Source of the DNA: Candidatus Brocadiia bacterium
Lineage (GTDB): Bacteria; Planctomycetota; Brocadiia; SM23-32
Assembly (NCBI GenBank): GCA_046538485.1
Contig: JBKHIT010000018.1
Location: 11,603 to 75,602 of the forward strand
DNA: 64,000 bases
Reading direction: 5' to 3'
The notes under the pieces are model-generated. The model was not told the DNA's origin, ran no database searches, and saw only the letters and a program-made list of their open reading frames with translations. Each line of letters starts with the position of its first letter. Within the stretch, counting starts at the first letter, position 1. Below are positions 38,523 through 47,080 of the stretch, in pieces. The position numbers and the translations under genes are program-made.

Positions 38523-38869
38523 AATGATACATCTTGACTGTGTGTTGTTTCATATTGACACATGTGTGGTACGGCCGGGTTTTCCACACCCTCGGGCGGA
38601 ATATAATAATCTGACATGTTGAACTTTATAGCGTGGGAAAAATCGATTGAGAATCCTGTTTTCCCCCCTCGGTGAAATGCACGCAAAGCGCCGCTGAGAG
38701 CATAAAACCGCTTGCTCGAAACCTGGAAGGGGACTCCCAGAGACAGCATCCGCGGATTAACAGGCGTAAGATTGGCAGGATATTTGCAGTAGTGTTTAAT
38801 TGGAATGAATTGTCTTTTAATACAAAATATCAGAAAACATAGAAACCTAAACCCTTGGAGGTACACACA

Positions 38870-39892
38870 GTGATTGTGGGAAAAGGCACGAGACGGAACG
38901 GACAGGTGGTCGTAATGGCGGCGTTCGCGCTGATTCTCCTCGCTTTAATTGCGGCACTCACCATTGATATTGGCTATATGTTCTGTCAAAAAGCGCGCCT
39001 GCAAAATGCAGGCGATGCGGCGGCCAATGCGGCAGCATTCCGCTATATCAACGCCCGGCTTAATGGCGAAGAAATGGACGAGGCCCGCAGCGAGGCCGAG
39101 CAGGAAGGCACAGTCTTCGCCAGCATGAACTCCGCAGGAACGAGCTGTGAAGTTCAATTTGGAGAATATGTCGATGGCAACTTTGTGGAACTCGGTGAGA
39201 GCGATGAAGCATCGGCAATCCGGATGGGACTCGCCAGAGACGAAGATGCCCCCGGCGGACCGGTCAGTCTCTTTTTCGGATCGCTCATGGGCTATAATTC
39301 CGTCGATTTGGCGGGCGATGCTGTCGTCGAGATGTCAGCGAACATCACGGGAGTGCTCAACGGAAGTGACCTTCGCCCTTTCGCCGTTTATGAAGGCGAT
39401 GTACAGGGCTGGACGCCGGGGAGCCCGATAACAATTAATCTACCGGATGCCAGCACAATGAGTCCTGTGGCGCCCGGAAACTGGGGCTGGTTGAATCTGG
39501 ATGGGGGAAGCCTCGGTACCAAAGAGCTGAAAGATTGGATCGATAACGGATACGATGGGGATATAAGCCTCGACGAAACGGGCGCCGACGGTCGGCTTTG
39601 CACCTGGATCGGGGGCTCTTGCGGTGTCAGAAAAGCCCTGCAAAAACATTTCGAGAATATCGTGGACGACAACTTGATCCTCTGCATTTATGATAAGGTT
39701 ACCGGCAACGGTGCCAATGCCCAGTTCCGGATTGTCGGTTTCATTTCGATGACATATACCTCTGTGGATATGCACGGAAAGACAGGAAGCATCGAAGGCG
39801 AGCTGAACGCAATCCAGAGCCTGCCCTACTGCGAAATTGGTGACGGAGCCTCACCCGAATCGAATGTTGTCACTGTCCGCCTCGTTCAATAG
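38870..39892 (+). CDS. TadG-like pilus-assembly/pseudopilin-like protein (no vWA), paralogue 1
   Basis: GTG 38870 with GGAGG 8 nt upstream. RRNGQVVVMAAFALILLALIAALTIDIGYMFCQKARLQNAGDAAANAAA, then PGNWGWLNLDGGSLGTKELKDWIDNGY. Confidence 0.7.
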   Translation: MIVGKGTRRNGQVVVMAAFALILLALIAALTIDIGYMFCQKARLQNAGDAAANAAAFRYINARLNGEEMDEARSEAEQEGTVFASMNSAGTSCEVQFGEYVDGNFVELGESDEASAIRMGLARDEDAPGGPVSLFFGSLMGYNSVDLAGDAVVEMSANITGVLNGSDLRPFAVYEGDVQGWTPGSPITINLPDASTMSPVAPGNWGWLNLDGGSLGTKELKDWIDNGYDGDISLDETGADGRLCTWIGGSCGVRKALQKHFENIVDDNLILCIYDKVTGNGANAQFRIVGFISMTYTSVDMHGKTGSIEGELNAIQSLPYCEIGDGASPESNVVTVRLVQ

Positions 39893-40173
39893 AACGCCCA
39901 AAAAGGTGTGCTGTTTGACAAACCAATTTTGTTGATTGTGACGCAACGACGAGATTGCTTCGCTCCGCTCGCAATAACAGAGAATGCTATGGAAACGCCA
40001 TTGCGAACCACCGGCTCGCCGAAACCGGCGTTATGGAACCCTGGCGAAGGAGGGGAGCCCGCTGCTTGGGCACCGTGGCAATCTTGCGATTCTCCCCATA
40101 AAAACAACTGTCATGAATCAATATGGGCAGCAAAGCCCGAAACGCCCCACACCGCAAATCCCTCAAAAAATAG

Positions 40174-40201
40174 TTGCATTACTCCCTGGAGCAGGTATAA
40201 T
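40174..40201 (+). promoter_or_regulatory. putative sigma70 promoter upstream of TadG-like paralogue 2
   Basis: TTGCAT-16 nt-TATAAT, 55 nt upstream of ATG 40256. Confidence 0.45.
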
Positions 40202-40255
40202 TAAAGCGTTAAGAGGTTATCGAGTCAGGTGCCTGTAATGTGGAGGTGTGGAGTT

Positions 40256-41323
40256 ATGTTCCGGCGAACTATAAAAAAACGTGACGGGCAAATATTGGTT
40301 TGTGGAGCTTTGACGGTGCTCGCACTGGCGGCTATTGCAGCCTTAACTATCGATGTCGGCTATATGTTCAAAACGCAGGCAGATATGCAAAACGGGGCGG
40401 ATGCGGCCGCTGTGGCGGCTGGCGGGGCTCTGGTGCAGGGACGCTCAGCTGGCGACAGTGAAGCTACATGCCAGGCTGCGGCTCAAGCCGAAGCCCAAAA
40501 TCTCGCCGCATACAACTGCCCGGGCGCACGAGCGGAAGTGAAGTTCGGAACCTATCAGGATGGCAGTTTTGAACCTCTTACTGACTCTGACGGCGATGGT
40601 TACGATGACGACACCGGGGATATGGCCAGCGCCATTGGAGTAAAACTTTTCCGCGACGAAACCTCTTCAGGTGGCCCCCTGGCCCTCTTTTTTGCCTCGC
40701 TTGCCGGCCATGATTCAGTGAACATGAAAACAGCGGGATTGGTCGATATCCGTTACAACATCTACGCCATCGGTAACGACCTCCGCCCTTTCGCCGTCCC
40801 CTCTGCCGCCGTTTCTGGTCTCTCCCCCGGGGATAGCTTCACAATTAACCTGATGGAAGAAACGGAAATCGACGAAGACGGCGATGGAGAAACCGATTAT
40901 ACGCTGGCGCCCGGAAACTTCGGATGGCTGAATATGGACGGCGGCTCACTCGGGACACCCGAACTGGTCGAATGGATCGAGAATGGATATCCGGAACTGT
41001 TTACCATCGACCCGGACGTCGGCCATATCTGGATCGACGGGCTCACCGGTCTCCGCTCCTCCCTTAACAAACCTATCCAGGACGTTGTAGGAAAAAAGCT
41101 TTTCATGTGCGTGTTCGATACGATCGACGGAGGCGGAGCCACGGCCGATTTCCGAATTGTCCGGTTCGCAGGTGTAACAATAGACAAAGCCATCCTCAAC
41201 GGGAAAAAATCCCGTATTGAGTGCACGTTCAACCGTCTTTCCTATGTCCCGGTCTGCATTACGGACGGCGATGGTGCGGAAGATCCGTCCGAGAACCTGT
41301 GCAAAATTACGCTTGTGCAGTAA
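40256..41323 (+). CDS. TadG-like pilus-assembly/pseudopilin-like protein (no vWA), paralogue 2
   Basis: ATG 40256 (GGAGG 9 nt upstream). KKRDGQILVCGALTVLALAAIAALTIDVGYMFKTQADMQNGADAAAVAA, then PGNFGWLNMDGGSLGTPELVEWIENGY. Confidence 0.7.
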   Translation: MFRRTIKKRDGQILVCGALTVLALAAIAALTIDVGYMFKTQADMQNGADAAAVAAGGALVQGRSAGDSEATCQAAAQAEAQNLAAYNCPGARAEVKFGTYQDGSFEPLTDSDGDGYDDDTGDMASAIGVKLFRDETSSGGPLALFFASLAGHDSVNMKTAGLVDIRYNIYAIGNDLRPFAVPSAAVSGLSPGDSFTINLMEETEIDEDGDGETDYTLAPGNFGWLNMDGGSLGTPELVEWIENGYPELFTIDPDVGHIWIDGLTGLRSSLNKPIQDVVGKKLFMCVFDTIDGGGATADFRIVRFAGVTIDKAILNGKKSRIECTFNRLSYVPVCITDGDGAEDPSENLCKITLVQ

Positions 41324-41641
41324 ATAACGCGCAGACGGCAATCAGTTGATCAGCCCTCAGGGCAAGCGCCATTTGTATCGACATGCAGCCGACAGCCCAT
41401 CTCTCCAACCCATTGCCACACCAGTTTGTGTAATTAAAGCCCTGGCTCGTCCTTAATAAAGGAGCACGAGCCGGTTGCAAAAACGGTGGCACTTTCAGCT
41501 CCCTCGGGTATACTTAAAGTAGTGAGTTTAAAGACGTTTTTACAGAACACCCGGAAAGGTAACAAACAACAAACCAGGAGAAATACAGGTGCATTAAACT
41601 TTATTTCACACGCGTGCCGTATGAGAAAAGGGGTGAAAACC

Positions 41642-43150
41642 ATGAAGAACGCCCTCAAGAAAAGAGATGGGCAGGTTATCATACTGTTCGCATTCACAGT
41701 CATCCTTCTGGCCATGCTCTGCGTGCTCACAATTGACGTGGGCTTTCTTTTTACCTCCCAGGCGGAATTGCAAAACGCCATTGATTCAGCGGCTCTCGCC
41801 GGCGCTTCCCAGCTCCATACCCGTTTCACCGACCCAAACTGGCGGGATAACGTCAAAAACGAGGCCATGGCGCTGGCCGAAGCCAACCTCGTCGCCGGAG
41901 AACGCCTCACCCTCACCGACAGCGATTTTCAGTTCGGACACTACAATGACACTACCGGCGATTTCGTGCCCGAACCAACCGCCTCCACCATCGATAGCGT
42001 GCGGGTCAGAGGACGTCGGACCGATGGCTCCCCGGATGGACCCGTCAGAACGTTCTTCGGCCCGATCTTCGGTTTCGACTCGGTCTCGTTCTCGGGATCG
42101 GTCGCCGTCGGCACTAAACCCCGCCGGTTCGTCATGTTCGTGCTCGACCGCTCCGGGTCCATGTGTTTTGACAGCAAACACGTGCATGAAAGAAGTAAAC
42201 CTCTCTACGATCCTGCCCGTGACGAATACTACGCGCAGAACAGCCCCAGCGGCTGGTACGCCGTCCCCCAGTACGTTTACTACGCGGGCAACTGGCGCAC
42301 CGGCTGGCTCTACGGCCGCGATATGAACACCAATGCGATTCTTACCTCTTCTGGCGGGGGACTCGACTGGCTTCCCACGGGTGTGCAGGATACGATTTCC
42401 TCGGACAGGTATTTCTACTTCCGGTCGCCGGAAGGTTCCAACAACCCCGCCTGGATGCACGTCCCCTCCAACGTGCGGATCTGTTCCTACTACGACAGCG
42501 ATGAGTGGTACCATTACGACTACAACAACACCCCCGAGCAATGCGATTACGCCTTCGCCGACGCCTCCGTTCAACCCATCCAGAACACCATGGACGCCGC
42601 CTGCTCGTTTATCGATCTGCTGGACGCCGCGGACGACCGTGCGGGGCTGGTCACTTATTCCAGCGGCGCCACACTCGATTCCCAGCTCACGGGGGACTGG
42701 CCGGGGCTGAAAACCAGGATTCAGCGTTTCACCCCGTGCGGCTCCACCGCCGAGCCGGCCGGGATGGCATCGGCGGTTGGAGAACTGACCTCCAGCCGAG
42801 CCCAGGAATACGGTCAGAGAATCATGATCCTGCTCACAGACGGAGTTGCCAACGTCTCCAGCGGTCATTACTATAACGAAGGCAACGGCAGGATGGATCC
42901 GATGGACGCCAGCGTCAGCACGCCCATCGATGAAAGTGTTTACGACGATATGGGCTACTGGGCCGATCAGGCGAAACAAAACGGTATCCGCATTTACTGC
43001 GTGACGTTCGGTTCGAGCACGGATCAGGAAGTGCACGAGCAGATCGCCGGCCATACCGGAGGAGCCTACTACTACTCCGCAGATGCCGGGAACCTGACAG
43101 ATATATTTGAGGATATCTTCCGCCGACTGCCACCCATACTGACGCACTGA
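41642..43150 (+). CDS. TadE/TadG-like N-terminal domain + vWA protein, copy B
   Basis: Start at ATG 41642 (MKNALKKRDGQVII...). From residue 7 onward the protein is identical to copy A. Confidence 0.8.
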   Translation: MKNALKKRDGQVIILFAFTVILLAMLCVLTIDVGFLFTSQAELQNAIDSAALAGASQLHTRFTDPNWRDNVKNEAMALAEANLVAGERLTLTDSDFQFGHYNDTTGDFVPEPTASTIDSVRVRGRRTDGSPDGPVRTFFGPIFGFDSVSFSGSVAVGTKPRRFVMFVLDRSGSMCFDSKHVHERSKPLYDPARDEYYAQNSPSGWYAVPQYVYYAGNWRTGWLYGRDMNTNAILTSSGGGLDWLPTGVQDTISSDRYFYFRSPEGSNNPAWMHVPSNVRICSYYDSDEWYHYDYNNTPEQCDYAFADASVQPIQNTMDAACSFIDLLDAADDRAGLVTYSSGATLDSQLTGDWPGLKTRIQRFTPCGSTAEPAGMASAVGELTSSRAQEYGQRIMILLTDGVANVSSGHYYNEGNGRMDPMDASVSTPIDESVYDDMGYWADQAKQNGIRIYCVTFGSSTDQEVHEQIAGHTGGAYYYSADAGNLTDIFEDIFRRLPPILTH

Positions 43151-43152
43151 TG
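41660..43152 (+). repeat. 1493-bp direct repeat, copy B
   Basis: See copy A. The offset is 5653 bp and the copies are separated by 4160 bp. Confidence 0.95.
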
Positions 43153-43221
43153 GACTTAATCGGGCGTCTGACGATCGTTCTGCGCCCGTGTCGCAAGCTT
43201 CCGAAAAACGGGAGGGTTTCA

Positions 43222-43803
43222 ATGCGTCCGATTGCTATTATCTTTACCCTGGCCCTCGCCGTCACTGCTATCGTCGGCTATTTCCTGATCGCGGACGAAT
43301 CCCCTAACACAGCGTCAAATACTCCTGCCACAGGCGAAACGGCAAATGTGCTCGGCAAATCCGAGCGGGAAAAGGGCAAACAGGATCAGCAAAGGAACAA
43401 TCGCGAAACATTTGATAAAACGCGCCGTTATATCCAGTTACCCAGGCACATCCGGGGATTGCGTTTCGGGATGTCGGCAACCGAAGTGGCCAAAAAATGG
43501 AAACCGGCCTGGCACAAGAAGTCAAGAGGCACTGTTACCGCTGTGCACTACTTCGATGAATCCAAAAATGTCGAGGCACGTTTTGAGTTCAAGAAAGAGA
43601 AAGGACTACAGAAAATAGAACTCCGGTTCAAATCCGACGATAAGAACCAGTTGGCAGAACTCTACACTACTTATCGGCAGCGTTACGAAAAGCGTTACGG
43701 CGATTTACCTCACAGTTCAGCGACCTGGTGGGCCGACAGCTACATCCATGCCAGTATCCATAAGGGCAGAAATTACGTCTCGCTCACTTTCCGAAACCGG
43801 TAG
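43222..43803 (+). CDS. membrane-anchored protein with conserved C-terminal domain of unknown function, paralogue B
   Basis: ATG 43222 (GGAGGG upstream). TM MRPIAIIFTLALAVTAIVGYFLI. The C-terminal domain is shared with 37752-38522. Confidence 0.6.
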   Translation: MRPIAIIFTLALAVTAIVGYFLIADESPNTASNTPATGETANVLGKSEREKGKQDQQRNNRETFDKTRRYIQLPRHIRGLRFGMSATEVAKKWKPAWHKKSRGTVTAVHYFDESKNVEARFEFKKEKGLQKIELRFKSDDKNQLAELYTTYRQRYEKRYGDLPHSSATWWADSYIHASIHKGRNYVSLTFRNR

Positions 43804-44081
43804 AAATAGGCGCTCGATGGCATTTGGGGAACGGCAGCAATCTCCACCCAATTGATGCTCGTCAAAGGCTGAAAACATCCTCGGTGTAAATTTCTCCATC
43901 AGAAGGTCTGTAGAAACTGGCGCGCACATTCCGGAATCTTCCAGCGTTCGGTCCGGGCTAATTACCTTTCCCAGTTGAGAGGCCGTTGCACGCGCGTTAT
44001 TCTGTATAAGTTCCATAATGCCCGCGGAAAAACCGCCTTCTGGACAGATTTTTCCCGTTTTCACATTTTCGAGGTGACACA

Positions 44082-44660
44082 ATGTCCGGCGATCAAAAAA
44101 CAGGTTGGCTTCGACATCTGATCACATTCATCTTCATTTTCGCCGTCGGAGGATTCATGATGCATCGGGGTGGCTGCTTGAAAAGTCAGCCGCCGCTTCG
44201 TCCGGAAAATGCCCGCATCGTCGATTTAAAAATCCAGGACTGGCAGATACAAGCGGAAATTGCCGATACCCCTGAGCTTCGCCAAAAAGGTCTGCAGGGG
44301 CGACAACATCTCCCCCAGGGCTCGGGCATGCTGTTCATACTTGATGAACCGCGGGTACCACAGTTCTGGATGAAAGATACAACAATCGAACTGTCAATTG
44401 CTTTCATTAAAGAAGACGGTACTATTGTCTCGATCAAACAAATGGAGCCGCGCAGTCCCGTACACATAAGCCCTGAGGAACCGGTAAAGTACGCTCTGGA
44501 GGTCCGCCAGGGGTGGTTTGCTGACCGGCATATTGGAGCGGGGGCAAAAGTGGAGATCCCGGAAGATATCCCCTCTGCCCCACCGCCCACGCCCGCAGAA
44601 ACTGAGGGAGAAATGGAAACACCTACGACAGAAACGCCCCCGGCGGTTCCCGCTCCGTAA
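44082..44660 (+). CDS. DUF192 domain protein
   Basis: N-terminal TM, then ADTPELRQKGLQGRQHLPQGSGMLFILDEPRVPQFWMKDTTIELSIAFIKEDGTIVSI, the typical DUF192 core. Confidence 0.75.
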   Translation: MSGDQKTGWLRHLITFIFIFAVGGFMMHRGGCLKSQPPLRPENARIVDLKIQDWQIQAEIADTPELRQKGLQGRQHLPQGSGMLFILDEPRVPQFWMKDTTIELSIAFIKEDGTIVSIKQMEPRSPVHISPEEPVKYALEVRQGWFADRHIGAGAKVEIPEDIPSAPPPTPAETEGEMETPTTETPPAVPAP

Positions 44661-44700
44661 GGCCACGGCGCAAGATTCATACCCGATCCTGCATCCTTGC

Positions 44701-44731
44701 TATAGCCTGCATCTTACGGATGCAGGCTATA
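44701..44731. terminator. perfect 13-bp stem hairpin downstream of the DUF192 gene (possible terminator or protein-binding palindrome)
   Basis: tatagcctgcatc-ttacg-gatgcaggctata. There is no U-tract on either strand, so an intrinsic-terminator role is uncertain. Confidence 0.35.
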
Positions 44732-45080
44732 TAAAACGGCGCGTGCCGTTCAAGCGTAAGAACTTACAACAACAAAAAGTGTTCACAATTTACGGCCAGT
44801 GCTACTCTGCCGGAAGATGTCTGTATGTTCCTTGTGAAAAAGGCGTTAAAGCAAACCGTTTCGCAACGTCGCGTTCGACTCGTTGCTGATCACGAATTTT
44901 AAGTTGTCAGATTTATGCGCCGTTTTTTTTAGTCCGGATTTTTGGCTCAGAATGGTTATGAACGGTGTTCAATAAACAAGCCGCGTGCAATTTGGCAATA
45001 GTGGGTTCAAATTATCCGTAAAATCCGGGCTAGCAGATTCCGGCAACTCCGCGTAACTTCCCATCCCAGCGAGGCCCATC

Positions 45081-45866
45081 GTGAAAATAATCGTCTGTGT
45101 CAAACAGGTCCCCGACACCACGAAAGTAGAAATTGACCCAGAGACTAAAACGCTCGTTCGGAAAGGTGTTGAGAGCGTGCTGAATCCGCTCGACACCTTC
45201 GCGGTCGAAGAAGCGCTTCGTCTACGCGATCAACATGGTGGCAGCGTCACGGCCTTATCGCTGGGTCCGCCGCAGGCCGAACAGATGCTGCGAGAAACAC
45301 TGGCGTTCGGAGTCGACGAAGCGGCTCTGGTAAGTGGACGCGAATTCGCAGGTTCAGACACCTGGGCCACATCCTATGCGCTCGCACGCGCCACCGAACA
45401 CCTTGGAGATTTCGATCTGATCCTCTGTGGCAAACAGGCCATTGACGGCGACACCGCGCACGTGGGGCCGGAAATGGCGGTCCACCTGGGGCTCCCACAA
45501 CTAACATACGTCCGGCGCATCCATAGCATCGAAAATAAAACCCTTGTTGCAGAACGGCTCACAGACCGCGGCTATCAGACTGTCTCCGTTCCACTCCCCG
45601 CGGTCCTCACAGTGGTCAAAGATCTCAACGAACCCCGTCTGCCAAACCTTGCCGATCTGCACCGAGGCCGATTCGCCAGAATAAATCCAATGGGTGCCGA
45701 TCCCATCAATGCTGACCTATCGCAGATCGGACTGGATGGCTCGCCGACGCGGGTCGTGCATATTTTCGCGCCAGATACCCACCGGGCGGGACGAATGTTT
45801 GAAGAAAACATAGACGAGGGCATGGAAGAAGTCGCAGACCTGCTCGAACAGGAGGGTCTGGTTTGA
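45081..45866 (+). CDS. etfB: electron transfer flavoprotein subunit beta
   Basis: GTG start. MKIIVCVKQVPDT...LNPLD...ILCGKQAIDGDT. Confidence 0.9.
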   Translation: MKIIVCVKQVPDTTKVEIDPETKTLVRKGVESVLNPLDTFAVEEALRLRDQHGGSVTALSLGPPQAEQMLRETLAFGVDEAALVSGREFAGSDTWATSYALARATEHLGDFDLILCGKQAIDGDTAHVGPEMAVHLGLPQLTYVRRIHSIENKTLVAERLTDRGYQTVSVPLPAVLTVVKDLNEPRLPNLADLHRGRFARINPMGADPINADLSQIGLDGSPTRVVHIFAPDTHRAGRMFEENIDEGMEEVADLLEQEGLV

Positions 45867-47080
45867 GTCATCTTCAAATTGACCACGAACGTTGCACCCT
45901 CTGCGAAAAATGCGTGGAATGCTGTCCTTTCGAAGCCCTTTCGATCAAAAACGAGCGGCTCCAGGTCGGGGAAGAATGTGTTCTGTGTGGAGCCTGTGTC
46001 AAAGAATGCCCCGAAGATGCCCTGAGTATCCCGGAAGAGAGCCCCGAACAGAAACCAGATCAGCAGGGTCTGGCCTCATACAGGGGGATTCTCGTTCTCT
46101 GCGAGCAACAAAATCAGGAACTCCATCCCGTCAGCCTCGAACTAATTGGCCGGGGGAGGCAACTGGCCGACCAACGCTCGACAGCCCTCACGGCCGGCGT
46201 CCTGGGCGACGATGTCATGGCAGTTCTCAAAACACTGCGAAATTACCCGGTGGATCGGGTCGTAAAAATCGAAAGCTCCGAACTGAAATCGTTCCGAAGC
46301 GATCTCTATGCCAGGGTCTCGGCTGAGTTGATTCAGCGCGAAAAACCCGAAATTGTCCTTGCCGGTGCAACCTCCGCCGGTAGAGCTTTCCTGCCGCGCG
46401 TGGCAGCCCTGCTGCGAACCGGCCTGACGGCCGACTGCACGGGTCTGGAAATCGACGAAGAAAAGGGGCTGCTGTTGCAAACCCGCCCCGCTTTCGGCGG
46501 GAATATAATGGCCACCATTATCTGTCCGAAGCACCGACCGCAAATGGCAACCGTCCGTCCGAACGTCCTGGAAAGACCGGAACCTCAGGATCGTTTGTCC
46601 AGCCCCGAGATTACCGCTTACGAACCGTCCGACCAATCGCTCGCTTCCGCACTGGAAATACTCGACGAACAAATCGCCGAAAAAGGGGAAACCAATATCG
46701 GCGAGGCCGATATCATCGTCTCGGGAGGACGCGGTGTAGGCTCTCCGGCGGGATTCAAAACCATTCATGACCTGGCGGATGCTCTCGGGGGAATGGTCGC
46801 GGCCAGCCGGGCGGCCGTCGATTCGGGGTGGATCTCTTACCCCCATCAGGTCGGTCAGACCGGCAAAACAGTCCAACCGCGGCTCTATGTGGCGTGCGGG
46901 ATCTCGGGAGCCGTCCAGCATCTCGTCGGAATGCAGAGCGCAGACACCATTATCGCCATCAACACTGACCCCGGAGCTCCGATCTTCGAAGTCGCTGACT
47001 ACGGTTTTGTAGGCGATCTCCACACAATAGCTCCGCGGCTTGCCACAACCATTCGTCAGCGCAAGGAGATCAGCTCATGA
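45863..47080 (+). CDS. etfA: electron transfer flavoprotein subunit alpha with N-terminal 2x[4Fe-4S] ferredoxin domain
   Basis: CTLCEKCVECCP and CVLCGACVKECP motifs, followed by an EtfA body with the FAD-binding YVACGISGAVQHLVGM. Confidence 0.9.
   Translation: MSHLQIDHERCTLCEKCVECCPFEALSIKNERLQVGEECVLCGACVKECPEDALSIPEESPEQKPDQQGLASYRGILVLCEQQNQELHPVSLELIGRGRQLADQRSTALTAGVLGDDVMAVLKTLRNYPVDRVVKIESSELKSFRSDLYARVSAELIQREKPEIVLAGATSAGRAFLPRVAALLRTGLTADCTGLEIDEEKGLLLQTRPAFGGNIMATIICPKHRPQMATVRPNVLERPEPQDRLSSPEITAYEPSDQSLASALEILDEQIAEKGETNIGEADIIVSGGRGVGSPAGFKTIHDLADALGGMVAASRAAVDSGWISYPHQVGQTGKTVQPRLYVACGISGAVQHLVGMQSADTIIAINTDPGAPIFEVADYGFVGDLHTIAPRLATTIRQRKEISS

Noticed and set aside
38519-38866. 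115-aa minus-strand ORF in the intergenic region. The same applies to 43717-44082 (121 aa) and 8983-9498 (171 aa).
   Set aside because: These have no SD and odd composition, and they span promoter or leader regions of well-supported genes or overlap the OMP gene. They are probably non-coding.
36133-43222. 514-aa and 478-aa minus-strand ORFs (36133-37677, 41786-43222).
   Set aside because: They are antisense to the two vWA genes. The translations are G/V/R/A-rich low complexity, and the two are identical only because they sit in the 1493-bp repeat. The sense strand carries the MIDAS and Tad-like motifs.
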